This document shows positions 11,804 to 24,024 of a stretch of 56,870 bases of DNA, piece after piece. The notes under the pieces are model-generated. The model saw only the letters and a list, made by a program, of their open reading frames with translations, did not search any database and was not told where the DNA came from. The translations under genes and the position numbers were made by a program. The stretch comes from Chiloscyllium plagiosum (Eukaryota), in NCBI RefSeq assembly GCF_004010195.1, contig NC_057711.1, forward strand, positions 82,985,237-83,042,106, given 5' to 3'. The stretch's first letter is position 1, and every line of letters begins with the position of its first letter.

Positions 11804-14800
11804 TATTTTTTTTTGTTTTTTTCTCTTTTTTTTATTATGTTGTGTGTGTGCAGGTGTGAGACACAGTGAAAGATACAAGGTGTACAAATCTTTATTCAAT
11901 TTCCAACACCAAGAAGAAAGGAAACATCCAAGTGGTCACTGACAAGCAGTTCCCTTCATATCAAAGGGCAATGCTGCATGATCAAACAGTGAAGGGGAGG
12001 GCAGGGATTAAATCAAAATAGAGTTGAAGGGGGAGATAATGCACTCCACTCCCTGAACAGCTCAAGGGTGTTGGTGGACACCACGTGCTCCTTCTCCAGA
12101 GACACCTGGGCTCTAACGTAACCGCGGAAGAGGGGCAGGCAGTCAGCCCTAACGATCCCCTCCACGGCCCGCTGCCTGGACCTGTTTATGGCCAGTTTGG
12201 CCAGGCCCAGGAGCAGACCCACGAGGAGGTCTTCAGACCTACCCTCCCCTCTCCGTAACAGGTGCCCAAAGATCAGGAGCGTGGGACTGAAGTGCAACCA
12301 GAAACAAATAAGGTTTTAAATCAAAAAGGGAGTGCAAGCGCCCACACCCAATATATACATGGTCCACGGACTCCACAGCGCCACAGAACAAGCAGTTGGG
12401 CTCGGAGTCCGTGAACCACCGCAATCTGCGGTCACAGGGGACCACTGTGTGCAGCACCCTCCACCCCAGATCCCCGAGAGAAAGTGGGAGGACTCCCGCG
12501 TAGAGAGCCCACCACTTGAGATCTCCACTGCCCAGTGATGAATGGGTACGCCATGGTGTGTCTCGGTGGTGGATGTGGGAGAAGGGGTGGACGGTGTGCA
12601 GCAGCAGTCGATACAGGGCCCGCCATGATACTTCCTTAAAAGGGTCAAAACTAAATTCTGGCGGTGGCTCAAGTTGTGGGGCACAGGGATGGAGATTCTG
12701 CCAGATGTCCACCAGGTCAAAGGACTCGACCAAGTCCCCTAACCTCCTCCCCGATGCCCAACCAGACGGGGCACCGCCGTGGTCCTTGTCCTTGAGAATG
12801 CAGTTAAAATCTCCCCCAAGGACAACGCACTGGCTCTCATCGATGAAGGTGAGATGAGCGGACACTTCTCCGTAGAAGCTCGCTTGCCTCGGCCCGGCCA
12901 GGGGAGCGTAGACGTTCACCAAGTGAAGTACCGCGCCCCCCAGCCGAACCGTCAGGTGAAGCAACCGGCCTGGGACAGGTTCCCTGACACCCAAGATCTC
13001 CAGCTGAAAATGTGGGGCCAACAAGATAGCCACCCCGCCCGATCTGCGGGTGAGGTGACTCATGTAGACCCCCCACCCCGGCCACTCCAGGAGCTAGGTG
13101 GCTTCATTTCCCAGGGTGGTGTGGGTTTCTTGCAGGAAGCACACTGCATACTTCCCATCCTGAAGGACCGAGAAGGTCTGGAATCTGTGCTGTGACTCCC
13201 TGCTGCTGTTGATGTTGAGGTTGGCTATGGTTGTCTTGTGCATTGTTGTGCAACCACCACCAGTACGGTTAAAACTATATACATTTACTGGCAGGATGAG
13301 GGAGGGGCACAGAAGTCCCTCACCCTTACCAAGAGGGCACCAGGAAGTTTCTGACTCATTTTCACTCGTTAGCGTCGAGCCCAGGAGCCTGGCGATTAGC
13401 GTGGGCTGACCAGTACACTCGTTCAAAGGACCTCCAGTGGTCAAGTGCCAGTTATGTTCTGTCCCGGTGACTGCGAGTTTCCTCTATAAATTCCTAGAGT
13501 TCCTCGAGGGGGATGAGGGGGAGCTTAGTGGGGGGGCACCTGGAACTCAAATACCTCGCTGGAAACAGACTCCACGTCATCCCCAGTTACCCATCACAAA
13601 ACCCGAACCCTCCTCTGGGTAGTCACCCTCGGCTACCGTCCCCTCCCCCACAGTGAGAGTGATGATTGGTCCGGCACCGCCAACTGGCCTCAAACCCCCC
13701 AGCAACCCCACCCCCAGGGTCACTGGCGGTAACTTCCTCAGTGCACCCCTTCCCAGAATGCCCCGAGGTCGTGTCATCAGTCGGAAGAGGCTCGGGGTGC
13801 CGCTCCTCTCCCAACACCGGGACGCCCGGCTCCTTGGGGAAAAAGTCCTCCCCCCAGGCCCAAGGCCCCGGAAAAACAGTCTGGGAGGGAGGAGTCAAGA
13901 TAACACCTTCCTCCCCTCCACTGCTTGACGACCCAGCAGTATTAAATTTATCACTGATGTGACCTGCACCGTGGCCTGCATGGTGTATGGACTCGTCCCC
14001 GGGGGCTGGTAGTATGGTGACCCCGGGACTCCAGGTGGGTCAGGCTGCAGTGCGGAAAGTCAGGAGGTGCTGCAGGTACACCCCTTTGTGAGGGGTAGCG
14101 CTGTCAGCGTGCTGTGGGGAAGTCCTCCCTCTTCTGGGGCAGTGCCTCTGGATGATCAGGTGATGGTGGGTGGGGCAGTGGCCCGGTCTCCTGCCCAGGG
14201 ACCAGAGACACGGCTGCTGCAGGATGAAGGTCAGCAATGGATTCCCCGCTGGCACGGCCGCAGGGGCTTTGCCATGCCAGGATGTGGCAGGTTGAGGGTC
14301 CAATTTTGGGGGAGGTGATAGGTTATCTCCAAGGGGACGGGCTTGGTGCGTTGGGTCTTCTTTTGCCCCTTCTGTCCGGCTGGACGCTCATCCCCCTCCC
14401 TGCCAGAGGCCGAGGCACTGGAAGCCTCTGGTTTAGCTCCCGCTGGCGGGTCTTGTGGTGTCGTCTTTGGGGGAGGGGGAGTGGGTGCAGAGGCGCCACT
14501 CTCAGCTGTCAATGCAGGCTGGGCAGCCTTCTGGGTGGGGCAGTTCTTCCATATGTGCTTCACCTTACGGCACAGGTGACACCACATGCCATCTGCTGTC
14601 AAGAAGACGCAGTAGGTTGCGCCCTCGTGGAGGAGGGTGAAAGAGCCCTCAGTGACCTCCCCCCGCCCCCCCCGGGCCAAGCAATTAAACACCTGGTGAC
14701 AGAAGGGAGTACATGTGGCAGAGGGCAGGGTCCTTCAGACAGAGCAGGAGGGGTTAAACCCCTGACCGGATCTCCCTCAGAGTTTGAAGGTGGGGGAGAA

Positions 14801-15795
14801 GGAGCTTACTGGGAATGAAGGGCGGGACATTGGAAATCACAACCCCCTGGGCTGTGACCTCCAGTGGGTCGACTGGGAGGAAAGACCCGCCCACAATGAG
14901 CCCCTTCTGCACAGCCAGGTGGACCGCCTGCTCAGTCTTCAGGAAGAATATGGCCTTCCCGTACTTTCTGACTGCAGCGACAATGGCCAGTGGGCTGACC
15001 ACATGAGCCATGGCCTTACTGCAGGCCTCAATAGTCATGTTGGGGTGGGGATAGGCCTTAACCCCTAAGCGTTTAGTCAGGTGCTTGAAGGGAGTCAGGG
15101 TTGCAGCTGGGGCAGGAGCAGCCAAGCCTAAGGCAGCAGCTACCTCAGCATAGGTGTGGCTGGGGCCTGCAGTCTTGGAGCTCGCCATGCTGTACTGCTG
15201 GATGTTCTTCTGGATGGCCTCAGGCGACAGCAGCAACAGTCTCTGGTATTGAACGGTCCCGATAGGCAATGGTGGAGGCAGCCCCAGGAAGCAGCTGCGG
15301 TCTTGAGTCCAGGTGGGGCCTTAGGCAGTGGCAGCAGCAGCAGTGGAGACTGGCCTCAGGCAGCAGTGGGTTTTTTTTGTGCAGGAGGGCCCTAGGCAAG
15401 TCCCAGGCAGCAGTGGGTGCAGGCAGGTCTCAAGCAGCAACAGCAGAGGCAGGTCCTGGTGGGGCCTGCAGTGGGAGTGGGCCCCAGGCAGCAGCAACAG
15501 TCTGTTAATCTGGGTGAGGCCCCGGCAGCAGCAATGGAGGCAGGCCTCAGGCAGCAGCAGCAGCAGTTGAGGCAGGCTCCAGGCACCAGTAAGTGTTCAG
15601 CTGTGGGCAAGGCCCAGGCTGCAGCTGGAGCAGCAGCAGCAGTAAATCAAAAGAGAAACTCAAAAACAAACACAAAAACGAATGACCAAAAAAAACAGAA
15701 AACAAAAATGTCTCTCATTCAGATAATTCTCTTCTTCTTCTCCTTCCCTCTGGGCCAGCTAGCTTAGAGTCAGTCCCCTCCTCTGAAAAAAAAAG
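11804..15795 (-). mobile_element. Tx1-type non-LTR retrotransposon copy 1 (5' UTR, ORF1 and APE start present; RT internally deleted)
   Basis: ORF1 reads MASSKTAG...VVISNVPPFIP, with knuckle CHLCRKVKHIWKNCP. The APE reads TTIANLNINSSR...FLQETH...GGDFNC and is fused at about 12688 to the C-terminal CLFCGAVESVDHVY region. It has a 3' UTR and poly-A. Confidence 0.92.
15270..15645 (-). repeat. Degenerate ~30-bp tandem monomers in the Tx1 5' UTR
   Basis: Recurring ggcc(c/t)caggcagcagcagcag units. Confidence 0.75.
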
Positions 15796-15837
15796 AGTCC
15801 TTCACACACTGATCCAGCTCCCTTAAAGACAGCACTC

Positions 15838-18800
15838 TTTTCTTTTTTATTATTGCTTTTTACCTCCACACTACCGCCTAACTGTGGTAGTGCTTATTTT
15901 TCCCCAGCACCCACATTGTGTGTGTGCAGGTGTGAGACACAGTGAAAGACACAAGGTGTACAAATCTTTCCACCACCAGGAAGAAACGAAACACCCGAGT
16001 GGCCAGTGACAAGCAGTGCCCTTCACATCAAAGGGCAATGCTGTGTGATCAAGCAGTGAAGGGGAGGGCAGGGAGTAAATCAAAATAGAATTGGACTGGG
16101 AAATAAAACACTCCACTCCCTGCGGTGTTCATCTCTCCCTGAACAGCTCAAGGGTGTTGGTTGACACTGCGTGCTCCCTCTCCAGAGACACCTGGGCTCT
16201 GACATAACCGTGGAAGAGGGGCAGGCAATCGGCCCCAATAACCCCCTTCCAGTTTGGCCAGCCTAGGAGCAGACCCACGAGGAGATCCTCAGACCTGCCC
16301 TCCCCACTCTACTGGGTGCCCAAAGATCGGGAGTGTGGGAGTGAAGTGCAGCCAAAAACAGAGAAGAAGGTTTTTTAGAAAACAAAAAAGCAGTGCAAGC
16401 GCCCACTCCCCATATATACATAGTCCACAGATTCCACAGAACAAGCAGTTGAGCTGGGAGTCCGTGAACCACCGCAGTTGCAGGGGATGGCCGCGTGCAG
16501 CACCCTCCACCCCAGATCCCCAAGAGAAAGCGGGAGGACTCCTGCACAGAGAGCCCTCCACTGGGCGCACCACCTTGGAGGAGGCTCCACGTAAAGGTAT
16601 CGCTGCAACGTCTGAAGGCGGAAAGTCATTACCTGGGTGCGGACGCATACCAGCGACTGACCGCCCTCCTCAATAGGGAGACTCAGAAACTGCGCAGTGA
16701 CCAAGTGCATCCTTTTGTCCCAGAAAGAGTGAACCAACGTTCTCTGGATGTCAGCGACAAAGCCAGGAGGAGGGACCAAAGTGACCAGCCGGTACCACAG
16801 CATGGCGGCCACCAGCTGGTTTATGACCAGCACTCGACTCCTGTAAGATAGCACTCGGAGCAGTCCTGTCCAGCGGCCTAGGCGAGCCGAGACTTTGGCC
16901 TCCAGCTCCTGCCAGTTGGCCGGCCAGGATTCCTCAGCTGGGCTGAGGTAGACCCCCAGGTAGAAGAGATGGGTGGTACTCTAGCTGAACCCCTGTAACT
17001 CCTCCGGCAGAGAGTCCACCCGCCACGGACCGACCAGTAGTCCGGAACATTTGGTTCTGGCGGAAGACGCTGCCGAGTACACGGCCTGGCACTCGCGCAT
17101 CCTCCGGGTCAGCCAGATCAGTGAAAGTGAGAAGCACGTCATCGGTGTAGGCCGAGAGGACCACCCCCGTGCCTGCGCCGCGCAGAACCAGCCCCAACAA
17201 CCTCCTCCGCAAGAGGCGCAGGAAAGGCTCCATGCACAGGGAATACAGCTGGCCGGACAGGGGGCAGCCTTGACACACTCCTCTCCCGAAGCGAAGGGCC
17301 GCCGTCAGGGACCCGTTAATGTTAACCAGACACTCTGCAGCCGCGTACAAAACTCGGATCCGGACGACGAACTGGACCCGAACCCGAATGCCCGCAGAGT
17401 CCCAAGCAGGTACTCGTGATCGACCCTGTCGAACGCCTTCTCCTGGTTGAGAGACTGGAAGGCCCTCGGCAGACCAGCCCATCGACAGAAATGGATCAGG
17501 TCCCGGACCAGGTGGACATTGTCATGTATCCTCCGGCCCGGGACCGTGTAGGACTGGTCCGGGTGAATCATGTGGGCCAGCACGGAGGCCAGGCGAGAAG
17601 ACAACACCCTGGCGAAGATTTTGTAATCTGTGCTGAGGGAGACCGGATGCCAGTTCTTCAAGGAACGAAGGACGATGACCGCACTGCGCCAAGAAAGGGG
17701 CAGCTCTCCTGCATTTAGACACTCCTCCAGGTCCTGTGCGTAGTCGCTCCCCAGGACGTCCGAGAACGCTTGAAGAACTCCACAGTCAGCAAGTCCAGCC
17801 CCGGGGACTTGCCCCTCGAGAGCCGGTTGAGGGCGCCGGTCAGCTCCTCTAAGGTGACGGGAGTGTCGAGCCTTCCGGTGTCCTCCGGAACAAGCTGCGG
17901 CAGGTCCTCCCACAGAACTCTGTGAGCATCCTCGCTGGACGGATCGGAGAGAACAGAGCCATAAAATAGGATCGAACATGGTCCCTGATACCCTCCAGAT
18001 CCGAGGCAAAGGGACCCGTCGTGACCAGCAGCACAAGGAGCTGCTGACGGGTGCCACGCCTTTTTTCCAGCGAGTAGAAGAAGGGGGAGCCGTGGTCCAG
18101 GTCCTGGAGGAGCTGGATCCGCGACCTCACGTACGCGCCCCGAGCCCCGACGAGCTGCAGGCCCCGGAGCGCGGCCTTCTTCTCTTCGTACGCCCCGCGC
18201 AGGGCCGGGTCTGCGTCGGGCTGACCGAGGCGTGACTCCAGGTCAAGCATCTCCCTCTCCAACTCCCCGATCCTGGATTTCTGCCTCTTTGTTGATCCCC
18301 TCGTGTACTCCTGACAGAAAACGCGGATGTGATCCTCGCCCACGTCCCACCACAGCCTCAGGGGAGGGGCAGCTTCCCCGCTTCCTTCTTCAGCCAGCCC
18401 AGAACCGATGAAATAAGTTGCGGAACTGTTCATCCTCCAGCAGCAGGTTGTTACAGTGCCAGTACGTGGAGCCGAGCCGGGCGCCTAATGGAGGGAATTC
18501 CGCCCACACCAGGTGATGGTCCGTGCACGACACCTGCCGCGTGGAGGCCACCAGAAAGCAGGATGCGTACGCCCACAAAACGTACAGGCGGTTGATTCTG
18601 GATGCTCCGACCCCAGGCCTCATGAAGGTGAAGGCGATGGAGTTGGGATGGAGATTCCATCAGACATCCACCAGGTCGAAGGACTTAACCAAATGCTCTA
18701 ACCTCCTCCATGATGCCCAACCCGTGCGGGCACCGCCGTGGTCCCTGTACTTGCAGTTAAAATCTCCCGAGGACGAAGCACTGGCTCTAGTCGATGGAGG

Positions 18801-21800
18801 CGAGACAAGCGGACACTTCTCCAAAGAAGCTCGCTTGCCTCGGCCCAGCCAGGGGAGCTAGACGTTCACTAAGTGAAGTACCGCGCCCCCCAGCCGAACC
18901 ATCAGGTGAAGCAAATGGCCTGGCACAGGCTCCCTGACCCCCAAGATCTCCAGCTGAAAATGCAGGGCCAACAAGATAGCCACCCCGCCCGATCTGCGGG
19001 TGAGGTGACTCATGTAGACCCCCCACCCCGGCCACTCCAGGAGCTAGGTGGCTTCATCTCCCGGGGTGGTGTGAGTTTCTTGCAGGAAGCACACTGCATA
19101 CTTCCCATCCCGAAGGACCGAGAAGGTCTGGAATCTGTGCTGTGACTCCCTGCTGCTGTTGATGTTGAGGCTGGCTATGGTTGTCTTGTGCAGTATTGTG
19201 CAACCACCACCAGTACGGTTAAAACTATATACATTTACTGGGAGAATGAGGGAGGGGCACAGAAGTCCCTCACCCTTACCAAGAGGGCACCCAGGAAGTT
19301 TCTGACCCACTTTCGTTCGTTAGTGTCGAGCCCAGGAGCCTGGTGATTAGCGTGGGCTGACCAGTACACTCGTTCAAAGGACCTCCAGCGGTCAAGTGCC
19401 AGTTGGGCTCTATCTCAGTGAATATGGGTTCCTTCTACAAATTCCTAGAGTTCCTCGAGGGGGATGAGGGGGAGCTTGGTGGGGATGTACCTGGGACTCA
19501 CCTTGCTAGAAACAGATTCCGCATCATCCCCAGTTACGCACCACCGAACTTGAACCCGAACCCACGGCTACCAGCCCCTCCCCCACCGTGAGTGAGGATT
19601 GGTCCGGCACCGCCAACTGACCTCAAACCCTCAGCGACCCCACTGCCAGGGTCACCGGCAGAAACTTCCTCAGTGCACCCTTTCCCAGAATGCCCCGAGG
19701 TCGGGTCATCGGGCGGCAAAGGCTTGGGGCACCGCTCCTCTCCCAACACTGGGACGCCCGGCCCCTCAGGGAAAAGGTCCTCCCCCAGGGCCAAGGCCCT
19801 GGAAAAACAGTCTGGGAGGGAGGAGTGAGGATAACACCTTCCTCCCCTCCACCACTCGACGACCCAGCAGTATTAAATCTTTCATTGTTGTGGCCTCCAC
19901 TGTGGCCTGTATGGTGTATGGGCATGTCCCCAGGGGCTGGTGGTACCAGGGGATTCTGCTGTAACCCCTGGGACTCCAGGTGGGTCAGACCACAGTGCAG
20001 GAAAGGTGGGAGGTGCTGCGGGTGCACCCCCTTGTGAGGGGTGACACTGTGGGCGAGCTGCAAGGAAGTCCTCCACCTCCTGGGGCAGCGCCTCTTCCCT
20101 GAGGCAGCAGTGCCTTTGGGGAATGCCTGCCCCCCCCCGATGATCATGGGGCCTGAGGCTCCTCCCCCCAGCTTTTCACAGAATACGATTGGCTGGGGGA
20201 AGGCAAGGGTCAGGAGAGCCAGATGTGTCACTTCCTATCCTGCCCCTTGTTTATCAGGTGATAGTGGGCAGGGGCCCAGTTTCCCACCTATGGACCAGAG
20301 ACACAGCTGCTGCAGGATGAAGGTCAGTAGTGGGTTCCAGAGGCTGGGTGAGTAGGGCAAGGCCTGGGCTCAGGAACCTTTGGGCCAGGACCAGGCAATG
20401 ACGCCCCAGTGGTTTCCATAACAGGGTGGGGGTTGGGCGTGGGGTCAAGAGGTGCAGCAGGGCAGGGACCAGGTACGGATTCGTGGGGGTTGAAGGTCAG
20501 GGTTCCCATGCTGGGGTGATGCTGGCACAGCCACAGGGGCATTTTTGTGCCAGGGTGGGGCAAATAGAGGGTCTGATTTTGAGGGAGATGATGGATTGGC
20601 GCATTATATCTTTTGCGCCTTCCATCCGGCTGGACGCTTACCCCCCCCATCGCTGCCAGAGGCCAAGGCACTAGAAACACCTGGCTCAGTTCCCACTGGC
20701 TGGGCTTGTTGTGTTGTCTTCGGGGGAGAGGGGGAGTGGTTGCGGCGGTGCCACTCTCAGCTGCCGGTGGGGGCTGGGCAGCCTTCTGGGTGGGGCAGTT
20801 CTACTGTATGTGTCCCACCTCATGGCACAATTGGCACAGCACACCGACTGCTGTCCAGAAGACGCGATAGGCTGCACCTTAGTGGAGGAGAGTGAAAGAG
20901 CCCTCAGTGACCTCCAAGCTTATGAACACCTGGCGACAGAAGGAGTGCTTGAAGGAGGGGTCCTTTATATCGAACAGGAGCGGTTGGACACCTGACCGGA
21001 TTTTCTGAGGTGTTGAGATGGGGGAAGAAGGAACTCACTGGGAATGAAGGCTGGTATGTTAGAGATCACGACCCTCTTGGCTGTGACCTCCAATAGGTTG
21101 ACTGTTAGATGTGACCCGCCCACGGTCAGCCCCCTCTCCACGGCCAGGTGGACTGCCTGCTCGGTCTCTAGAAAAAAAAAACCTTCCCACAAATTCGGGC
21201 AGCAGTGATGATGGTTAGCGGGCTGATCATACTAGCCATAGCCTTGCTGCATGCCCCAATGCTCATGTTCAGGTGGGGGTAGGCCTCAACCCCCAGGCGT
21301 TTAGTGAGGTGCCTGAGGGGGTCGGGATTGCAGCCGGGGCTGAAGCAGCCGAGCCTAGGGCAGCGGCTACCCTGGCATAGGTGTGGCTTGGACTTGCTGT
21401 TTTTGGATTCGCCATATGTGCTGTTGGCTACCCCGGGCATTCTTCCTCTGTGGGCCTCAGGCGATGGTGATCTTGAGACTGGGAGGCCGGGGCAGCAATA
21501 CAGGCTGTCATGGGTGCTGTTGGGCCCTGGTGACAGCAGAGGAGTTAGGCCCAGGCAATAACAGTTCCAGGTGTAGGTGAGGCCCAGGCAGCAAACTGCA
21601 GCAGTCTAGGTGCAGGTGGGAACCAGGTCGCAGCAGCACAGGAAGGCCTGGGTGTGGCTGTGGCCCAGGTAACAGCAGCAGTCCCAGGTACAGACAGGGC
21701 TCAGTCAGTAGCAATGGAGATGGGCCTGGGTGCAGGTGGAGCCTGGGCAGCAGCAACAGTCCAGGTACCAGCGGAGCCCAGTCAACAAAGGTGGAGGTAG

Positions 21801-22195
21801 GTCTGGGTATAGGTGGGGCCCAGGCAGCAGCAGCAGTCCCAGGTGCAAGTGGAGTCAAGTCAACAGCAGTGGAGTAGGCCTGAATGTAGGTGGGGCCCAG
21901 GCAGCAGTGGTCAGAGCAGGCCCCAGGTGTAGGTAGGTCCAGACAGCAGTGACAGCGCAGGCAAGGTCCAGGCTCCTGTAGTGGGAGCAGGCCCAAACTG
22001 TAGCAGCAGCAATAGTATAAGATGCCTGTGCAGCTGAGCACAGTTTCAAATAAGCAAAAAGGAAAGAGAAAAGCCAGAAAACAAACACACACAATAAAGA
22101 AGAAACAAAATACTTCAAAATAACCTCTTCTTCCTCAATGCAAAGACACCAACAAAAAACTTCTCTTCTCTTTTCTCCTCTTCTCCTTTAATGAG
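15838..22195 (-). mobile_element. Tx1-type non-LTR retrotransposon copy 2, near full length but frameshifted
   Basis: Has ORF1 (VVISNIPAFIP), APE (FLQETH), RT motifs (WHPVSL, QEKAFDRVDH, GVCQGCPLSG, YTDDV), the C-terminal CLFCG and a 3' UTR with terminal hairpin. Confidence 0.93.
21480..22020 (-). repeat. Degenerate ~33-bp tandem monomers in the Tx1 copy 2 5' UTR
   Basis: Recurring ggcccaggcagcagcagcagtcccaggtgcaggtgg-like units. Confidence 0.8.
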
Positions 22196-22255
22196 CAAAG
22201 TCCGTCACTCCACACAGATTCCAGCTGAGTGAACAGAACCCCTGACACTCCTGTT

Positions 22256-23215
22256 CATTTTTATTTTCTTTTTTTTTCTAGTGCTTTATTTTTTCCCCAG
22301 CACCCATGTTGTGTGTGTGCAGGTGTGAGACACAGTGAAAGACACAAGGTGCATGAATCTTTATTCAGTTTCCACCACCAGGAAGAAAAGAAACGCCCAA
22401 GTGGCAAGTGACAGCAGTTCCCTTCACATCAAAGGGCAATGCTGTATGATCAAAAATGTGAAGGGGAGGGCAGGGATTAAATCGAGAGTTGGAGGGGGAT
22501 AATAAACCACTCCACTCCCTGCGGTGCCCACCTCTCCCTGAACAGCTCGAGGTAGTTGGTGGACACCACGTGCTCCCTCTCCAGGGACACCCGGGCTCTG
22601 ATATACCTGCGATTAGGGGCAGGCAGTCGGCCCTAATGACCCCCTCCACGGCCCACTGCCTGGACCTGTTTATGGCCAGTTTGGCCAGGCTCAGCAGCAG
22701 ACCCACGAGGAGGTCCTCAGACCTACAGCCCTCCTTCCGCACGGGGAACCCAAAGATCAGGACCGTGAGACTGAAGTGCAACCAAAACCAGAGGAGAAGG
22801 TTCTCTAGAAAACTATAAAGGGAGTGCTAATGCAGATATATATGGTCCATGGACTCCACAACCCCACAGAACAAGCAGTTGGACTGGGAATCCGTGAACC
22901 ACAGCAATCTGCGGTTGCAGGGGACCGCTGCGTGCAGCACCCTCCACCCCAGATCCCCGAGAGAAAGGGGGAGGACTCCCGCGCAAAGAGCACTCTACTG
23001 GGGATCCCCACCACCCAGTGGCAAATGGGTGCACCAAAGCGTGTCTGGGCGGTGAATGAGGGAGAAGAGGTGGATGGTGTGCAGCAGCAGTCGATACAGG
23101 GCCCTGCCGAGATACGTCCCTGAAGGGGACAAAACTACAGTTCCGGGGGCAGCTCGGTTGTGGGGCACAGGCTCCCACGGGAAGTACGGGACCTTGGGGC
23201 CAATGTGAAATTCAA
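22256..23215 (-). mobile_element. Tx1 copy 3, 5'-truncated (ORF2 C-terminus plus 3' UTR)
   Basis: RALYRLLLHTIH and LLVGLLLSLAKLAINRSR motifs, with a T-tract directly after tgacactcctgtt. Confidence 0.9.
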
Positions 23216-23229
23216 GCAATTTAGACTCT

Positions 23230-24005
23230 GTGATATCCACTTGGCTGACCTCATCACAATTACTACAGCCTTATCTGTTGAACAAGGGAATACGCTAAGA
23301 AACAATAGGAAGGAGAGGAAGAAGAAAACGTTTTGAGAGTACTTTCTTAGCCTGGGTGACAATACACTGTACATTACTTGGCACTTTTTGAATAAATGGC
23401 TCTGTTTTGAGCTTTCAGCTGGTTGTGTGTCTGTCTGTGCAGCCCCAAATGAGGCAGTTCCAACATAAGCCTAACCCTCCTGGTCACCATGGATTGATGT
23501 CTGTGATCAGACCCTGCATCTGGAAGCAATAGAAGGAAGTGGCAAGGAAGTATGCTGCAAAGAGCTGGATATTGCATGAAGATGGCCATGGATTAGGGAT
23601 CCCACAGATTTGTGTCCTGTCCATTATATGGTCTGTGCATAATGTTCTGTCCCTTTAAAATCCTTCACATTGATGGGGCCTGCAGCCTCCTTCCTCACAA
23701 GTTGTAAACACTTCCCCAATCTAATCTGAGTGGGGGCAAAACCATTTTCAGCCCCATTGCACACTCTTGATTTGGTGTTGGTGAGTGCTCCTTAGCCAGT
23801 GGCCAGTCTCTGCCTTTTTGTGTTGGTAAGCTCCGAAACATACAAATCTCATTCCTGGTTGTAATTCCTGTAAATCCCATAGGCACAGTACCTCCAATGG
23901 TCCCCACACAGCCTGTCCAGATAAGCTCTCAGATGCTGTTTTGTCCCATGCAACATGGAAGTCCTTCAGAGCAAATGGTGAGCTGAAACAATCAGGCAAT
24001 CACTT
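23230..24005 (-). mobile_element. Possible highly decayed DIRS-like RT/RNase H remnant
   Basis: Fragments LKDFHVA, TVPMGF and FLSFLLFLSVFPCSTDKAVVIVMRSAKW occur in the order expected for DIRS pol motifs. Weak. Confidence 0.25.
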
Positions 24006-24024
24006 TAATTTCAATGTTGGATTT

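Noticed and set aside
15269..15767. Poly-Q, poly-A and poly-C ORFs suggesting a low-complexity protein
   Set aside because: They are translations of the CAG-rich Tx1 5' UTR monomers. The same applies to 21508-22092.
15796..15838. Target-like sequence as a simple long TSD of Tx1 copy 1
   Set aside because: It differs from 11734-11775 by several substitutions and indels and resembles the versions at 22196 and 24461, which fits an element-borne 5' sequence better. A TSD is not fully excluded.
21480..22020. Regularly spaced repeats resembling a CRISPR array
   Set aside because: Degenerate tandem monomers without unique spacers, in a vertebrate retrotransposon, with no cas genes.
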